In this document: in pieces, positions 44,239 to 53,815 of the stretch
Position numbering within the stretch: the stretch's first letter is position 1
How the letters are laid out: each line of letters opens with the position of its first letter
NCBI GenBank assembly: GCA_020832005.1
Contig: JAFIFN010000001.1
Location: 9,775 to 73,774, forward strand
DNA length: 64,000 nt
Source of the DNA: Gammaproteobacteria bacterium
GTDB lineage: Bacteria > Pseudomonadota > Gammaproteobacteria > Steroidobacterales > PWYM01
Reading direction: 5' to 3'
The notes under the pieces: model-generated
Told to the model about the DNA's origin: nothing
What the model saw: only the letters and a program-made list of their open reading frames with translations
The model's database searches: none
Translations under genes and position numbers: made by a program

Positions 44239-45990
44239 TCAGACCTCCGCGAACTGCAGGCGATGCAACGCCGCGTATTGCCCGCCGGTCGCGAGCAACT
44301 GCGCATGATTGCCGCTTTCCACGATCTGTCCGGCCTCCATGACGATGATCCGGTGAGCCTTCTCGACTGTTGAGAGCCGGTGCGCGATGACCAGTGTCGT
44401 GCGATCTCGCATCAGCGACTCCAATGCCAGCTGAATGTGTCGCTCCGACTCGCTGTCGAGCGCCGAGGTGGCCTCATCAAGGATCAGGATCGGCGCGTTC
44501 TTGAGTACCGCGCGGGCGATCGCGATGCGCTGGCGCTGGCCACCGGAGAGCAGCACGCCACGATCGCCGACCACGGTGTCGAGGCCATTGGGCAGCGCGT
44601 CGATGAATTCGCTGACATGCGCCACCTCGGCCGCGCGCTCTATGTCCTCGCGGCCAATCCCCTCGCTCAGGCCGTAGGCGATATTGCGCGCAATGGTATC
44701 GTTGAACAGGGTCACGTCCTGGCTGACCAGCGCGATCTGGCGACGCAGGTCAGCCAGGCGGTACTCGCGCACGTCGTGCCCATCGAGCAGGATGCGACCG
44801 CTGTCGATGTCGTAGAAACGCGGCAGCAGACCAACAAGCGTCGACTTGCCGCTGCCCGAGCGCCCGACGATTGCCAGTGTCTGACCAGCAGGCACCACCA
44901 GGTCTATGTCGCGCAATACCGCGCCCTTGGCCTGGTCGTAGGTGAAATTCACCTGCTCGAAGGCGATGTCGCCGCGTGCACGTTCGAGGGTACGGGTACC
45001 GGCATCACGCTCGGTGTGTTCGTCGAGCAGTTCGAAGATGGTTTCGCCGGCAGCAATGCCACGCTGCAGGGCGACATTGACGTTCGTCAGGCGCTTCAAC
45101 GGCGCCATCAGCAGCAGCATGGCCGACAGAAAGGCCACGAATCGTGCAGGATCGATGGCATCCACGGCGCTTTGCAGCGTGGCGACGTATATCACGCCGG
45201 CCACACCGAGTGCCGCCAGAAACTGGGTGGCCGAGTCTCCCAGCGACTTCGACAACACCAGTTTCATATGCTGGCTGCGATTGCGCTCGTTGACGGTCTC
45301 GAACTGTCCTTCCTCATAGCGCTGGCCGTTGAAGACCTTGATGACACGATGACCCGAAATCGCCTGTTCGGCCACGCGCGTGACATCGCCCATCGAATTC
45401 TGGATGCGGCTGCTGTAACGGCGGAACAGCTTGCTTAAGTAGCGGATCAGAACGGCAATCGTCGGCGCGACGACGGCGATGAACAACGAGAGTGTCGGGC
45501 TGAGGTACACCATCACAGCCACCAGACCCAGGATGGTCAGCGTGTCGCGGATCAGGATCGTCAGTACATTGCTGGTGGACTCTGCGACCTGCTCGATATT
45601 GTAGGTGAGCTTGGAGAGCAACATGCCCGATGAACTCTGGTCGTAATATCGGTTGGGCAGATTGACCAGGTGAGAGAACACCTGGGTACGCATCTGCTTG
45701 ATCACCTGGCGACCCACCCAGCCCAGCGTGAAGTCGGCACCGAAACCGGCCAGCGCACGGGTCACGAACAGCCCGAGCACCAGCAGCGGCAGCAGCATCG
45801 AACCCGCCGCCTCACCAGCCTCCAATGATCGCAGCAGCGGCTGCATCAGCAACGCAAAGCCTGAATCAGTGGCCGCGTAGATGACCATCGCCACCATGGC
45901 CAGCGCCAGCACGCGCAGGTGCGGTCGCGCATAGCCCAGCAGGCGTCCGTAGACGCGCAGCACGTCAGGATCAACGCCCGGTACGCTCAC
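44239..45990 (-). CDS. msbA: Lipid A export ABC transporter MsbA
   Basis: 583 aa. Six-TM domain followed by an NBD (GRSGSGKST, LSGGQRQR, ILILDEATS). Synteny with lpxK-kdsB. Confidence 0.9.
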   Translation of the reverse strand: MSVPGVDPDVLRVYGRLLGYARPHLRVLALAMVAMVIYAATDSGFALLMQPLLRSLEAGEAAGSMLLPLLVLGLFVTRALAGFGADFTLGWVGRQVIKQMRTQVFSHLVNLPNRYYDQSSSGMLLSKLTYNIEQVAESTSNVLTILIRDTLTILGLVAVMVYLSPTLSLFIAVVAPTIAVLIRYLSKLFRRYSSRIQNSMGDVTRVAEQAISGHRVIKVFNGQRYEEGQFETVNERNRSQHMKLVLSKSLGDSATQFLAALGVAGVIYVATLQSAVDAIDPARFVAFLSAMLLLMAPLKRLTNVNVALQRGIAAGETIFELLDEHTERDAGTRTLERARGDIAFEQVNFTYDQAKGAVLRDIDLVVPAGQTLAIVGRSGSGKSTLVGLLPRFYDIDSGRILLDGHDVREYRLADLRRQIALVSQDVTLFNDTIARNIAYGLSEGIGREDIERAAEVAHVSEFIDALPNGLDTVVGDRGVLLSGGQRQRIAIARAVLKNAPILILDEATSALDSESERHIQLALESLMRDRTTLVIAHRLSTVEKAHRIIVMEAGQIVESGNHAQLLATGGQYAALHRLQFAEV

Positions 45991-45999
45991 GCGAGTAAC

Positions 46000-46425
46000 C
46001 TAGCGTGCATCAGGGTTGCTGACAGTGGCGATGCTGATATCACTGTGGCCGAGACGACCTGCCACATCCATGGCGGTCACGACATCCTGGTGGCGCGCCT
46101 GGGCATCGGCCCGGATGATTACCGGCAGCCGATCGCGACCCTCGCTGATCTCGACGATGGCGCGACGCAGCGTCGCGGCCTGGTTATTGACCAGCAGACG
46201 TCCGTCCACCAGGTAGCTGCCGGTCGCCGTCACGGTGATCTCGATGATTTCGCGCTCGATGTCCGCCACCGCGGTATCGGTGGCTTCAGGCAGACTCAGC
46301 CGGATCTCCGACTCGCGTACAAAGCTTGTTGAAACCATGAAAAACACCAGAAGCAGCAGTACGACATCGATCAGTGATGTCAGATTGATGTCAGGCTCTT
46401 CGCGTTGTCGCGCCTGCAGCTTCAC
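46000..46425 (-). CDS. ExbD/TolR-family proton-motive-force transducer subunit
   Basis: 141 aa. INLTSLIDVVLLLLVFFMV, with the conserved TM Asp, and an ExbD periplasmic domain. Confidence 0.88.
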   Translation of the reverse strand: MKLQARQREEPDINLTSLIDVVLLLLVFFMVSTSFVRESEIRLSLPEATDTAVADIEREIIEITVTATGSYLVDGRLLVNNQAATLRRAIVEISEGRDRLPVIIRADAQARHQDVVTAMDVAGRLGHSDISIATVSNPDAR

Positions 46426-47048
46426 GCCCCGGCCCGCTCGATGCTCTTGCGATACTGCAGTGCCTCAACGAGTTTCATGGCCTCTTTTTCCATCTCCACG
46501 ACCAGGCCGTCGATACGCCCGCGCAGGTAGCGATAGCCCATCAGCGCCGGAATCGCCACCGACAGGCCTGCGGCGGTGGTGATCAGCGCCTCGGAGATAC
46601 CACCGGCGAGCACACCGGGATTGCCGACGCCGTGCGTGGTGATGGCGGCGAATACCTTGACCATGCCGATCACGGTGCCCAGCAGGCCGAGCAGCGGCGT
46701 GATCGCCGCGATCGTGCCCAGTGGATTGAGGTAGCGTTCCAGTTCGTGGACGACATGACGTCCAGTGTCCTCGATGCTTTCCTTGAGTTCATCGCGATCG
46801 CGATCGCGGTTGATCAGTCCGGCAGCCAGGATGCGCCCCAGTGGCGAGTCACGCTGGATGGTCTCGATATGCTGCCGGGTGAGCTGCTCTGACTTGACGA
46901 GTTGCCAGACACGTGCGGTCAGGTCGCGCGGCAGCACGCGCGTCTGTTTCAGTGTCCACAGGCGCTCGAGGATGATCGCCGCAGCACAGATGGAGCAGAT
47001 GATGATCGGCAGCATGAGCCAACCGCCAGCCTGAACAATCTCTAGCAT
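46422..47048 (-). CDS. ExbB/TolQ/MotA-family proton channel subunit
   Basis: PLLGLLGTVIGMVKVF...GGISEALITTAAGLSVAIPAL. ATG 47048 is preferred; the ORF track uses TTG 47075. Confidence 0.88.
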   Translation of the reverse strand: MLEIVQAGGWLMLPIIICSICAAAIILERLWTLKQTRVLPRDLTARVWQLVKSEQLTRQHIETIQRDSPLGRILAAGLINRDRDRDELKESIEDTGRHVVHELERYLNPLGTIAAITPLLGLLGTVIGMVKVFAAITTHGVGNPGVLAGGISEALITTAAGLSVAIPALMGYRYLRGRIDGLVVEMEKEAMKLVEALQYRKSIERAGA

Positions 47049-47096
47049 GGGTGCCTTTGCAAGTCGCTTCGTCAAACGCGGACTATAGCGCGGCGC

Positions 47097-49400
47097 TCAG
47101 TGCCTGTGCCAGAAGCGACGTCGCCGTTCGCGCCAGCCCTCGGCGATCTCGACACCCGTCTCGGCGCTCACACGGATCTCCAGCGCCCCGGTCTCAGCGG
47201 TATTGAACACACTCGCGCCCTCGTTGCGCCAGCGCGCCACCACCTCGTCCCTGGGCATGTTCCAGCGATTGTCGTGACCCGCACTGACGAGCGCGACATC
47301 GGCGCTGACGGCGGCGACCAGAGGGAGACTGGAGGACGTCATACTGCCATGGTGGGGCACGACCACCAGCGAATGTTGCAGGTCCGTGCCTGCAGCCAGC
47401 AGGCTGGATTCGCCCCAGTACTCGATGTCACCGGTCAGCAGCAGGGAACCACCTGCTGCGCGGATGCTCAGCACACACGAGCCCTCATTGCCGCGCAACC
47501 GCGGTGTGGCGGGGTGCAGGACCTCGAAGACCACCCCATCCCAGTGCCACCGCTGTCCCGTCAGGCAGGCTTCAGCGTCAAAGCGTGCCGCATCGGCACC
47601 ACCGACCAGCACACGCCCGACCGGGAAGCGCGCGCGCACCGACGGCCAACCCCCGGCATGATCGTTGTCGCCGTGACTGAGCATGACCTTGTCGAGTCGC
47701 GCCACACCCTGGTGTGCAAGCATCGGCAGGATCACCGAGCGGCCTGCATCGAATCCCTCCGCCATGGCAGGTCCGGCGTCGTAGAGCAGCACATGGCGAT
47801 GGGTGCGCACGACCAGCGCAAGCCCCTGGCCGACATCGAGCAGCCATAACTGAAAATCGCCGCGCGCCGGGACGTCCGGCCGCCACGACAGCGTCGCTGC
47901 CAGCAGCGGCACCGCCAGCCAGCGACCCGGCAGACCACGGGGCGTCAGCGCCAGCCAGGCGGCGAGGCTGAACACCAGCCACCAGACCGGCGGCAGTGCG
48001 GGCAACACGTACACCGACCAGGGCAGCGCCGCCAGTCCCTGGAGGGGCGGCCAAAGCGCATCGAGCAGGCGCGACAGACACGCCAGCCACCACAGCCCCA
48101 GGTCTGGCAGCAAAGCCACCAGCAGCATGCCCAGCAGCGTTCCTGGCACGATCAGGACGCTGAACAGCGGCACCAGCAGCGCGTTGGCCAGCGGCGAGAC
48201 CAGTGGCACCTGGGCGAAGAAGATCCCGGTGGCCGGTGCCATGCCGACCACGATCAGACCCTGGAGCAGCACGAACATGCTGATCGCGCGCCGCCAACGC
48301 AGCCAGGCCCGCCGCTCTGGAGATACGTCCTCGGGCAGCCCCGAGAGACGGCCGCGCAGACTCAGCACGATCACCGCCACTGCAACGAACGACAGCCAGA
48401 AACTGACATCCAGCGTGGCCAGCGGGTCCACCAGCAGCACCACCACCAGCGCCAGCGCGAGTCCGCGCCCCGGGCGCAGCGGCCTGCGCAGGCACAGCGC
48501 AGCCAGCACGACGGCAAGCATCAGCAGCGCACGGCGCGTCGGGATGGCGAACCCGGCGAGTGCGGCATAGACTGCTGCCACCAGCAGCGCCAGCCAGGCC
48601 CCTGCGACCACAGGCGGTACGCGCCTGCACGGACCCGGCAGCCAGGCCCACAGCCAGCGACACCCCAGCAGCACCAGACCGGCCACCAGGCCGATGTGCA
48701 GGCCCGAGATCGCCATCAGGTGACTCGTCCCGGTGCGCGCCAGCACCTCGCGATCCTCGGCAGTCAGCAGATGTCGCGTCCCCAGGCCCAGTGCCAGCAC
48801 GATGGCTGTACCACGCTCCTCGCCAAGCGCGCCGCTGACCCGCTCGGCAAGCCGGTGACGGATGTCCAGCAACCACAACCGTCGAGGCACCGCCTCCAGC
48901 CGATGCTCGTCACGCACATACCCGGTCGCACCGATGCGCGCACGGTACAGCCAGCCTTCGAAATCGCCGCCGCCGGGATTGGCCAGCCCGCGCGGCGAGC
49001 GCAGACGCACCGTCAGCTGCAGCGCCTCACCCGGGCTCACCAGGCGCGGCGGTCGATACCAGGACAACCGAAGCCGGGGCGGCACCTGTGCCGGCGCCTC
49101 ACTGACCACAAACTCGAAACTGCTGCGAATCCGTCCGTGACGCGGAAACTCCGCGACGCGCCCGGTCACGACGAAGTCACTGCCAGACACGGCGCTGTCG
49201 AGGCGCAGCTGCAGGGCATGGTCTGCCACCAGGCCGGTCCAGGCGAACATGCTCAGGCCAAGGGCCGGACCCCACCGGCGCAGCATTGCCAGGATGACGC
49301 CTGCCAGGATCGCCAATCCCAATGCAGTCTTTGCGGGCAACCCCGGCAGCTGCAACAGCAGCAGGTTGCCGGTCAGCATCCATGCGGCCAAACGAATCAT
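47097..49400 (-). CDS. comEC: ComEC/Rec2 family DNA internalisation protein
   Basis: Polytopic competence domain followed by a C-terminal metallo-beta-lactamase fold (MLSHGDNDHAGG, VVPHHGS). ATG 49400 behind GGGGGAA; the ORF-track extension to 49508 is rejected. Confidence 0.88.
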   Translation of the reverse strand: MIRLAAWMLTGNLLLLQLPGLPAKTALGLAILAGVILAMLRRWGPALGLSMFAWTGLVADHALQLRLDSAVSGSDFVVTGRVAEFPRHGRIRSSFEFVVSEAPAQVPPRLRLSWYRPPRLVSPGEALQLTVRLRSPRGLANPGGGDFEGWLYRARIGATGYVRDEHRLEAVPRRLWLLDIRHRLAERVSGALGEERGTAIVLALGLGTRHLLTAEDREVLARTGTSHLMAISGLHIGLVAGLVLLGCRWLWAWLPGPCRRVPPVVAGAWLALLVAAVYAALAGFAIPTRRALLMLAVVLAALCLRRPLRPGRGLALALVVVLLVDPLATLDVSFWLSFVAVAVIVLSLRGRLSGLPEDVSPERRAWLRWRRAISMFVLLQGLIVVGMAPATGIFFAQVPLVSPLANALLVPLFSVLIVPGTLLGMLLVALLPDLGLWWLACLSRLLDALWPPLQGLAALPWSVYVLPALPPVWWLVFSLAAWLALTPRGLPGRWLAVPLLAATLSWRPDVPARGDFQLWLLDVGQGLALVVRTHRHVLLYDAGPAMAEGFDAGRSVILPMLAHQGVARLDKVMLSHGDNDHAGGWPSVRARFPVGRVLVGGADAARFDAEACLTGQRWHWDGVVFEVLHPATPRLRGNEGSCVLSIRAAGGSLLLTGDIEYWGESSLLAAGTDLQHSLVVVPHHGSMTSSSLPLVAAVSADVALVSAGHDNRWNMPRDEVVARWRNEGASVFNTAETGALEIRVSAETGVEIAEGWRERRRRFWHRH

Positions 49401-49514
49401 GTCCGTTCCCCCACCAGATCGGGGATAATGACCACCGAATCTTGGAATCCGGTGCGTCCGCAGCGTGGCCCGGCATGGGCGCGTCATGCCCCGCGGACGT
49501 GGCAACATTTAAGA

Positions 49515-50051
49515 ATGTTTCGACGTTTCCTACGAAAACATCTTCCCAGGCGTGAACACCTCCATCAGCGCTGGTACCTGCGGCCTTTTCACGCGCTGCT
49601 GCACGACCCTGCACTGTGGGCCGTGCATCGCAAGGGCGTCGCACGCGCCGTGGCCATTGGCCTGTTCGTAGCTTTCCTGCCGATCATGCCGTTGCAGCTA
49701 CTGCTGGTCTGCCTGCTGGCTGTCTGGCTGCGCGTGAATCTGCCGGTGGCGGTGGTAGTGGTCTTTGTCAACAACCCCCTGACCATGGTGCAGATGTATT
49801 ACCTCGACTATCGCGTGGGCACCTGGCTGCTGGGCCGCGACCCGGTGGGCTTTCCCGACGAGCTGTCGCTGCAGCTGCTGGTTGAGCAGACGACCCGCAT
49901 CGGCACACCACTGCTGCTCGGCTCACTGCTCGTCGGGCTCATCGCAGGCCTGCTGGGTTATCTGGTGAGCGACGGCCTGTGGCGCCTTTCGCTGTTCTGG
50001 CGTTTTCGCCGCCGCAGTCGCCGCCAGCGCGAGCGCCTCGAAAACCTCTAG
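49515..50051 (+). CDS. DUF2062-family membrane protein
   Basis: 178 aa from ATG 49515 ([11 protein letters not shown]...[33 protein letters not shown]...NNPLT). Only the 3' third of ORF 48696-50051 is real; the rest is antisense to comEC. Confidence 0.7.
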   Translation: MFRRFLRKHLPRREHLHQRWYLRPFHALLHDPALWAVHRKGVARAVAIGLFVAFLPIMPLQLLLVCLLAVWLRVNLPVAVVVVFVNNPLTMVQMYYLDYRVGTWLLGRDPVGFPDELSLQLLVEQTTRIGTPLLLGSLLVGLIAGLLGYLVSDGLWRLSLFWRFRRRSRRQRERLENL

Positions 50052-50758
50052 AGCTGTTCGCCCGGCACTTCGCGCAGCTGACCGTCGATGAGTTCCATCA
50101 CCCGATCCATGCGTCGGGCAATACGCAGATCGTGAGTGACGACGATCAGGCTGGTGGCAAGTTCGCGGTTGAGCTCGAGCATCAGTTCGAAGACGCGTTC
50201 GCCCGTGGCACCATCGAGATTTCCGGTCGGTTCATCAGCCAGCACCACGGCCGGACGTGTGACCAGCGCGCGCGCCACGGCGGCACGCTGCCGCTCGCCA
50301 CCCGAAAGTTCCGAGGGCTTGTGATCCAGCCGCTCCCCCAGACCGACACGACCAAGCACCTCGGCTGCCTGGCTGCGGGCATCAATGGGTGACAGCCTGC
50401 GAATCAGCAACGGCATGGCGACGTTCTCGATGGCCGTGAACTCCGGCAACAGGTGATGGAACTGGTAGACGAAGCCCAGCGTGCGATTGCGCAGCTGGTC
50501 ACGCTCACCTTCGGCCAGCCCGAACAGGGACTGGCCTCGCACGCGCACATCCCCGCCAGTGGGTTGATCCAGCCCGCCGAGAATCTGCAGCAGCGTGGTC
50601 TTGCCGGAGCCCGAGGCCCCGATGATGGCTACACGATCGCCGCTGCCGACACTCAGGTCGACGCCACGCAGCACGGTGAGCTCGCCGCGCACCTCCGTGA
50701 AACTGCGTCGAACGCCAAGGGCCTCGAGCACCGGCGTGGGAGATGAATGTTCAGTCAT
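50048..50758 (-). CDS. lolD: Lipoprotein-releasing ABC transporter ATP-binding protein LolD
   Basis: 236 aa. [28 protein letters not shown]. Follows two LolC/E permeases. Confidence 0.9.
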   Translation of the reverse strand: MTEHSSPTPVLEALGVRRSFTEVRGELTVLRGVDLSVGSGDRVAIIGASGSGKTTLLQILGGLDQPTGGDVRVRGQSLFGLAEGERDQLRNRTLGFVYQFHHLLPEFTAIENVAMPLLIRRLSPIDARSQAAEVLGRVGLGERLDHKPSELSGGERQRAAVARALVTRPAVVLADEPTGNLDGATGERVFELMLELNRELATSLIVVTHDLRIARRMDRVMELIDGQLREVPGEQL

Positions 50759-52007
50759 GCCGCAATGCCTCCGCAGGCTGGGTTCGGGCGGCTCGCCATG
50801 CCGGATAGAGCGTCGATATCAGCGACAGCACCAGTGCCGTCATTGCGATCGCCAGCAGATCCTGCCACTGCAGCTGTGCCGGCAGATCGCTGATGAAGTA
50901 CACATCGGCTGCCAGGAACTTGGTGTCGAGCAGCCGTTCCACGCCTGCGATCAGGCGCTCGAGATTCACTGCCAGCAGTGCGCCGAGCAATACGCCCAAC
51001 AGGGTACCCACGACACCGATGACTGTGCCCTGGACGATGAATATGCTGGTGATATGTCGCGGCGACGCACCCAGGGTACGCAGGATCGAAATATCCGTCT
51101 GCTTGTCGCGCACCACCATTACCAGCGTGGAGACGATATTGAATGCCGCCACCGCCACCACCAGCAGCAGAATGACGAACATGATCGTCTTGGTGAGCTG
51201 GATGGAGCGGAAGAAATTGGCATGTCTTCGCGTCCAGTCATCGATGTACACGCCGCCACCGTAGTCCAGGGCGATCTCGCGCACCAGCGGCCCCGCGCGA
51301 TAGATGTCCGTCACCGCCAGGCGCACACCGGTGGCCCGCTCCCCGAGCCGGTAGAGGCGCTGGGCATCGGCAATGTGCAACAACGCAATCGAGCGATCAA
51401 ATTCGAACATGCCTGCGCGAAAAATGCCGCTGACCGTGAAACTTCGCATCCGCGGCATCAGGCCCAATGGGGTGACCGAGCCCTCGGGAATGACCAGTAT
51501 GACCCGCTCGCCGAGGCTCACGTCGAGCGCGCGCGCGAGCTCCTCGCCCAGCACGATCCGCCATTGCCCGGCCTGCAGGGCATCCAGCGACCCTTCGACC
51601 ATCAATGTGTCGATACCGGCCACCTCGGCCTCGAGCGCAGGCTCGATGCCGCGCAATGCCACACCGGAGAGGACCTGGCCTGCCAGCAGCAGCCCCTGCC
51701 CTTCGATATAGGGGGCTGCGGCCTGGACCTGCGGATAGCCTGCGGCAAACTCGGCCACGGCACGCCAGTCCGGAAGTGCGTCGCCGTAACCGGTGATGGT
51801 GGCATGGGCGGTCATGTTGAGGATGCGCTCGCGAAGTTCACGTTCAAACCCGTTCATGACGGACAACACCACGATCAATACCGCAACTCCGAGTGCGATA
51901 CCCAGCATGGAAATCAGCGAAATGAACGAGATAAAGCGGTTCCGGCCGCGTGCACGCAGGTAGCGCAGTCCAATGAACAACTCGAAGGGCAGTTGACCTG
52001 TTCGCAT
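50751..52007 (-). CDS. Lipoprotein-releasing system permease (LolC/LolE family)
   Basis: Start at ATG 52007 ([19 protein letters not shown]). MacB-like FtsX permease with a large periplasmic loop. Paralogue of the upstream gene. Confidence 0.88.
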   Translation of the reverse strand: MRTGQLPFELFIGLRYLRARGRNRFISFISLISMLGIALGVAVLIVVLSVMNGFERELRERILNMTAHATITGYGDALPDWRAVAEFAAGYPQVQAAAPYIEGQGLLLAGQVLSGVALRGIEPALEAEVAGIDTLMVEGSLDALQAGQWRIVLGEELARALDVSLGERVILVIPEGSVTPLGLMPRMRSFTVSGIFRAGMFEFDRSIALLHIADAQRLYRLGERATGVRLAVTDIYRAGPLVREIALDYGGGVYIDDWTRRHANFFRSIQLTKTIMFVILLLVVAVAAFNIVSTLVMVVRDKQTDISILRTLGASPRHITSIFIVQGTVIGVVGTLLGVLLGALLAVNLERLIAGVERLLDTKFLAADVYFISDLPAQLQWQDLLAIAMTALVLSLISTLYPAWRAARTQPAEALRHD

Positions 52008-52014
52008 GGGCCGC

Positions 52015-53262
52015 TCAGTCGTATCGCAGGGCTTCGGCCGGGGCGATGCCGGCTGCACGACGAGCCGGATAAAGCGTTGCCAGCAGAGTCAGCAGCAGCG
52101 AGGCGGCAGCGATGAGGCTCACATCGGACCAGCGGATCTCGGCGGGAATGTCGGTCACGTAGTAGACATCACCCGGCATGATCTGGAAACGGAATGTCTG
52201 CTCCAGCCAGGGCACGATGGTGTCGACGTTCGCCGCCAGGACGATGCCCAGTGCAAGCCCGAGCAGCATGCCGGTCACGCCGATGACGGCACCCTGGACG
52301 ATGAACACCCGATTGACCGATTTCGCCGACAGGCCGAGCGTGCGCAGGATCGCCACGTCGGTGTGCTTTTCGGTGACCACCATGACCAGGGAGGCGACGA
52401 TATTGAATGCAGCCACCGTGACGATCAGCAGCATGATCGTGGTCATCATGGTCTTTTCCAGGCGGATGGCGCGAAAGTATGTTGCGTTCTCGCGCGTCCA
52501 GTCGGTATGCACGAAGCCCTCGCCGAGGCGAACTGCCAGAGCTTCAGCCAGTCGCGGCGCGGCGAACACATCGTCCATCTGCAGGCGCAGTCCGCCGGCC
52601 AGGCCATCGTGTCCTGCGAGGGCTGCGGCATCATCGAGGTGCACCAGTGCCAGCGTGCCATCATGGTCCTGCAGCCCTGCCTCGAAGATACCGCTGACCG
52701 TGAAGCTGCGAAGCTTAGGGCGGATGCCCGTGCCATCGGCGACGATTTCGGGCACCAGCACCGTGACCAGGCTGCCGACTTCCGCACCGATCGACAGCGC
52801 CAGCACCCGACCGAGAATGATCCGCCCACCGCCGGAGTGCAGATCATCGAAACGACCCTGGCGCATGAAGCCACTGATCTGCGAGACCCCCGACTCGAGC
52901 TCCGGCAGGACCCCGCGAATTTCCGCACCATGCAGCTGGTTGCCGCGCCCGAGCATGGCCTCGACGCGCACGAAGGGGGCAGCGGCGACGATGCCCGGCG
53001 TGGCCAGGGCCTCGTCGCGCAGCGACGTCCAGGACGCCAGGGGCCCGGATTCGGCGCGCACGGCCGCATGCGCCGTCATGCTCAGCAGGCGGTCGCGCAA
53101 CTCCCCCTCGAAACCGTTCATCACCGACAGGATCACGATCAGCGCGGCGACACCAATGGCCACGCCCAGCATCGAGGCCAGGCTGATGAAGGAAATGAAG
53201 CCATTGCGTCCCCTGGCGCGCAGGTACCGCAGGCCGATGTAGCACTCCAGGGGACGAAACAT
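52015..53262 (-). CDS. Lipoprotein-releasing system permease (LolC/LolE family)
   Basis: 415 aa. [28 protein letters not shown]... Gene order here is permease-permease-lolD. Confidence 0.88.
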   Translation of the reverse strand: MFRPLECYIGLRYLRARGRNGFISFISLASMLGVAIGVAALIVILSVMNGFEGELRDRLLSMTAHAAVRAESGPLASWTSLRDEALATPGIVAAAPFVRVEAMLGRGNQLHGAEIRGVLPELESGVSQISGFMRQGRFDDLHSGGGRIILGRVLALSIGAEVGSLVTVLVPEIVADGTGIRPKLRSFTVSGIFEAGLQDHDGTLALVHLDDAAALAGHDGLAGGLRLQMDDVFAAPRLAEALAVRLGEGFVHTDWTRENATYFRAIRLEKTMMTTIMLLIVTVAAFNIVASLVMVVTEKHTDVAILRTLGLSAKSVNRVFIVQGAVIGVTGMLLGLALGIVLAANVDTIVPWLEQTFRFQIMPGDVYYVTDIPAEIRWSDVSLIAAASLLLTLLATLYPARRAAGIAPAEALRYD

Positions 53263-53361
53263 GAGCGCATTACACCACAGCGGATGTTGACGCAGTTCGC
53301 GCTTTGGCGGCCCAAGGCGGTGCTATAGTTCGCGTGTTGGAGACCTGAGAGAGCGTCCGCA

Positions 53362-53652
53362 ATGCCGATTTCACACAAGCCCCTGCTGATCGCAGCCCTG
53401 TGCGCCGGGCTGGCCCTGTCCGCCGTGAGCCGGGCGGATGTGTTGCTGCTCGAGGGCCTTGAGGCCGCCGCCCAGGCGGGGCCCGAGCGTCCGCGGCGCG
53501 GTATGAGCATGGACGCCGTGGCAAGCCGGTTCGGTGAGCCCATGGCCCGTGTGCCCGCCGTCGGCCAACCGCCGATCAGCCGCTGGGAATATGCCGAGTT
53601 CATCGTCTACTTCGAGCACAATCTGGTCCTGCACGCCGCGCTGAAGCGCTAG
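53362..53652 (+). CDS. Small exported protein of unknown function
   Basis: 96 aa. Signal peptide (LLIAALCAGLALSAVSRA), then ...PPISRWEYAEFIVYFEHNLVLHAALKR. Codon usage looks coding. No family recognised. Confidence 0.55.
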   Translation: MPISHKPLLIAALCAGLALSAVSRADVLLLEGLEAAAQAGPERPRRGMSMDAVASRFGEPMARVPAVGQPPISRWEYAEFIVYFEHNLVLHAALKR

Positions 53653-53815
53653 GGCTGATCGCGGGGCGAGATGCGGACGCCCGGTGCGCAAGCGCCGGGT
53701 ACCGCCCGGCAGCTTCGCGTTGCTGTCGCGGGACAACGACAGCCTGGGCAACCCTGCGCGCGGCCCGCAGCGCGTGTAGAATGCAGCGCCTTTCGCACTC
53801 GCAGCATTCGCCCTC

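Noticed and set aside
48696-49514. 5' two-thirds of the 451-aa plus-strand ORF 48696-50051
   Set aside because: This part is antisense to comEC and has a shadow-ORF composition. Only the segment from ATG 49515 (DUF2062-like membrane protein) looks real.
50595-53328. Two long plus-strand ORFs (506 aa and 440 aa), plus 52178-53242 (354 aa)
   Set aside because: All are antisense or out of frame relative to the two LolC/E permease genes and lolD. Compositions are His/Gln/Arg/Asp-rich or Ser/Arg/Pro-rich, with no motifs.
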